A stretch of DNA of 64,000 nucleotides from Scenedesmus sp. PABB004. Taxonomy: Eukaryota. Positions 60,690 through 64,000 of the stretch are shown here, one piece after another. The notes under the pieces were generated by a model. It was not told where the DNA came from. It worked only from the letters and a program-made list of their open reading frames with translations, and ran no database searches. Made by a program: the position numbers and the translations under genes. The DNA lies in the NCBI GenBank assembly GCA_014905635.1, contig JABVCE010000017.1:496001-560000 (forward strand), in the 5' to 3' direction. Position 1 is the first letter of the stretch. The number at the start of each line of letters is the position of its first letter.

Positions 60690-63152
60690 GGCGGCGAGGG
60701 AGGGCGCGGCGCTGCCGGGCGGCGCTGCCGGGGCGCGCGCCGAGGGCCGGCCGAGGGCCGGGTGCTGCTGCTGCTGCCCGGCGGCAGCGGGGGCGCGCAG
60801 AGGGGCGGGCGGGCCGGTGGAAGGTGGCGGGCGCTGCGCCGGGGCGATGGACGTGGCAGCGCGGGCTGCGCGGTGGCGGCGGCGCGCTCAAAACCCCGTC
60901 ACCCAGAGTTCACAAAGAGACTGCTGCTCCCGCGCCTGAACACGGAGGCCCCGCCGCCCCGCACGTGCTGCCGCCGGCCGAGAAGCCCGCGCTGTGTCAT
61001 GCGTCGTCGCGTCGTCAGCTCGCGCGCCCGGGCGGGCTTGAATCCAGCCCGCGCGGGCCGTGCACGCGGGGCGGCGGCGGCGGCGCCGCCGCCCATCGCC
61101 CGCCCGTCACCGCTGGCACCGCCACCCATGCGTTTGGCTTGGTCCATGTCATCATCATCACCATCAGAGCATCAGGCAGCAGCATGTTGATGTCGCCGCT
61201 GGGCGCGGCGCACAAACGCGCCGCGCGCGCGGCGCACGTGCCACACAAAAGCGCCGTGCCCGTGCTGCGCACACAGACGGGCAGACCAACCGACCCCTGC
61301 CGCCGCGCGCCGCGCGGCGGCCCCGCTGAGACAGGTACGTGCGGAAAGAATGCTTGCGCGGCGCGCGCACATCGCACGCATGCGCGGCACGCGGGCGCAC
61401 AGACCAGACCAGACCAGACCAGACCCCTGGCGAGCGCGCCCGGCGGGCAGGTGCGCGCTTGGAGACGGATGAGGTGCGCATCGCCGCCAGCGCAGCGCAT
61501 GGCCAAGAGATGCGCGCCGCCCGGCTCACACGGCGCGGCCGCTCGCCCCCGCGCGCGCGCGTCGCTATCGGCGCACGCGCCTGCCGGGCCCGTGCGCGCC
61601 CAGCCGTGCGCGCCGCCCTCCGCCCTCCCCAAACCCTCAACCCATGCCCTGGCTGAGAACCCGGCCGGCAGGGCCCTCCCCCGCGTGGCGGCGGCGGCAG
61701 CATGGCGGGGCGCGAGCCACCGCCCGCCGCGCCGTGCGCCGCCTCGGGCCGGCCGCTCCTCCTCCTGCCGCGCCCGCCGTCCGCTCGACCGCCGGATGCC
61801 CGCCCGCCCGGTGGCGACGCCCCAAACCTTGGGGCGGCCGAAATGAGCGCTCCGCCGCCGCAACACACGCGATGCACCGATGCGCGGGGGCCGTCGTCGT
61901 CACTCGGCGGCGCCCGCGCGCACGCACGGGGGCGGGTGCGCGCGGCGCCGCAATAGCGGCGCCGGCGCCGACCCGGCGCCCCCGGCGGCCGCTGCGGCAG
62001 GCCCCTCTTCTGCCAGCAGCCCACCGCTGGGCCGCTCCCAGCCGCGCCGTCGCGTCGCCGTCGCCAAAAGCCGAGCGCCAGGGTTCGCCGGCTGGGCCCG
62101 CCCGCCCGCGGGCGCGGGGGGCCTCGGGGCTCGTGCCCCACAGTGCTGCTGCTGCCGCGCCGCCGCGTGGGCGCGCTCGCATGGCATGGCCGGGCCATGC
62201 AACCGTTGGGAGTTTTGCAACAAACAAATGCTCTCGTTGCTCGCCGCCGGGAAAGACAGGAACCGCCGCTGTCCGCGGGGCCCTCCAGCGCTGCCGCCGC
62301 TGCTGCGCGCCGCCCCCCCCGCCCGTCCTGCGTCGACAGACAGACAAGACCCAAAAACCCCGCCCCGCCAGCTGCGCCTCCTCCTCCCCAGCACGAGCAG
62401 CAGCGGGCGCGGGCGCAAAGAGGGAGAGCGACAGAGAGAGAGAGAGCGAGGGGGCGACGGCCGCGCCGCCGCCCGCTGCGCGCGGCTGCGACTGTACAGC
62501 ATGCGCGCCCGCCGCCGTCAGCCATCCGCCCAGAGCTGCTGCTCGCGCGCTCGCGGCCGCCGCGCGGCCACCACAGGGCGGCCGCGCGCGCGGCCTCTCC
62601 GCTGCTGCTGCTGGCCCGACCAGCGCCGCCCTCCGTTGGGGGCGCGCCGCGCTGCGCCGCCGCGCCGCCGCCGCGAATCGCGGCGGCGCGGCGGCGCGCA
62701 AGCCCGGCCGCGCGCGCGCGGGGCGCCGCCGCCGCGGCCAAACACGCCGCGGCTGCGCCGCGCCCGCGCGCTGATGCGGCTGCAGGGACGAGAAAAGAAG
62801 AGAAAACACGCGCAGCATCTACTGCGCAGCTGTGTGCTGCCGGCCGGCGGAGCGGCGGCGGCCCAGGAGGCCGACCAGCCGCGCCGGGGGGCCGGCCGGC
62901 AAATACAAGACGCGTCGTCGCAAGCCACACGCCGGCAGCCGAAACCACGCGGGCGCGGCGGCGCGCTGCCGCCGCCGCCGCCCGCTGGCAGCTGCGCGGC
63001 CAAAAGTACGCATGATGGAGGCCGTTGGTTCCTGATCCCAGGGGCAAGGCAGGCGCGCCCTCGCAAGTGCGTGTGCTAGGGTGTTTGTGTGGGTTCGAGG
63101 GATGCCGGGGCGCCGCCGGGAGGCGCCTGGCTGCAGGCGCCGCGCGGCCCCG

Positions 63153-64000
63153 TCACTGCAGCCCGCCAAACGCGCCGCCGCAGCCGCCGGCCGCGCCGGC
63201 GGTCACCGAGATGGCCAGCGGGCCGCCGAGGCCCTGCAGGCCAGCGAGGCCCGCGTGCTTGGCAGCGAGGCTGTCCAGCGCGGCGCCGTGGGCGAGCAGC
63301 TGGAGGCCGTGCCCCGGCAGGCCGAGCGCCGCGCCGTCGAGCCCCGCGCCGGGGCTGCCGCTGCCGGGCAGGTGGTGGTGCAGCGGCCCGTGGTGGTGGT
63401 GGTGACCGGGCAGCGCCATGGGCGCGCTCGCCGCGGCCGCGGCGAGCGCGCTGTGGTGCTGCTGCACCGCCGCCGCCGCCTGCGCGGCCGCGGCCGCGGC
63501 CGCGTGCTGCTGCGCCTGCGCCGCCGCCGCCTGCTGCTGCATGAGCAGGTGGAGCTGCAGCTGGCTCGCCGACGCGTGCAGCGCGGCCGCCGCGTGGTGG
63601 TGGTGGTGGGCCGCCAGCGGCGCCACGTGCGGCTTGGCCGGCGCGGCGGCCGCGGCGGCCGCGGCGGCCGCCGCGCCCGCGGCCGCCGTCGTGTTCTGCA
63701 CCGCCGCGTCGGCGCACGCCGCCGCGGTCGCGGGGGCGAGGCCCACGCCGGCGGCCGCGTTGTACGCGGCCGCCCACATCGCGTCGCGGTGCTGCTGCAT
63801 GCCCGCGAGCTGCTGGCGCAGCAGCACGGCCCCGACGAGCTCGCTCACGTCGGCGTGCTGCGCCGCGAGCGCCTGGTGCGCCGCCGCGGCGGAGAGGCCG
63901 AGCCCCGCGCCGCCGGCGGCGGCGCCGCCGCCGCACAGCGCGGCGTCGCCCGCCCAGCCGCCCGCCGCCGCCGGCACGCCAAACGCGCCGCCGCCGAGCA
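63153..64000 (-). CDS. 3' end of a gene running off the window; Ala/His/Gln/Gly-rich low-complexity protein of unknown family
   Basis: Open frame with GC3-biased codons like the other genes (HADVSELVGAVLLRQQLAGMQQHRDAMWAAAYNAA, poly-His tracts), ending GGLQ-TGA. No domain recognised. Confidence 0.75.
   Translation of the reverse strand, partial: LGGGAFGVPAAAGGWAGDAALCGGGAAAGGAGLGLSAAAAHQALAAQHADVSELVGAVLLRQQLAGMQQHRDAMWAAAYNAAAGVGLAPATAAACADAAVQNTTAAAGAAAAAAAAAAAPAKPHVAPLAAHHHHHAAAALHASASQLQLHLLMQQQAAAAQAQQHAAAAAAAQAAAAVQQHHSALAAAAASAPMALPGHHHHHGPLHHHLPGSGSPGAGLDGAALGLPGHGLQLLAHGAALDSLAAKHAGLAGLQGLGGPLAISVTAGAAGGCGGAFGGLQ

Noticed and set aside
60899..62900. Possible gene between the desaturase and the terminal partial gene (for example ORF 60899..61147)
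   Set aside because: No motif, convincing codon pattern or exon chain found; treated as UTR or intergenic, though a small gene cannot be excluded.

Overview
This is eukaryotic nuclear DNA from a very GC-rich, intron-dense green alga. Nuclear PETN and PSBX with transit peptides and TTTAGGG-type repeats fit a chlorophycean, probably Sphaeropleales/Selenastraceae-like (an inference). Most long ORFs in the six-frame track are GC-content artefacts, so I rebuilt the genes by hand from splice sites. Genes in order: two tandem paralogues of a large Ala/Leu-rich protein with a C-terminal MYND zinc finger (A partial, B), a bZIP/DOG1-like protein, importin-11-like karyopherin, beta-amylase, MYND paralogue C, TauD-family dioxygenase, MYND paralogue D, a mitochondrial carrier, a cyclase/kynurenine formamidase, PETN, QSOX, an OPR-like protein with a very long prion-like tail, PSBX, an omega-3 desaturase with ER-type features, and the 3' end of a His/Ala/Gln-rich gene. 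Main observations: (1) the four MYND paralogues are mosaics of one another; (2) three 70-80 nt near-perfect hairpins lie in importin introns, one with telomere-repeat arms; (3) telomere-like repeats are oriented consistently within introns; (4) at least 12 introns use GC-AG; (5) several single-base frameshifts, mostly in G runs, are probably assembly errors. No prokaryotic system, CRISPR array, rRNA or tRNA was recognised. All family assignments come from motif recognition, not database searches.
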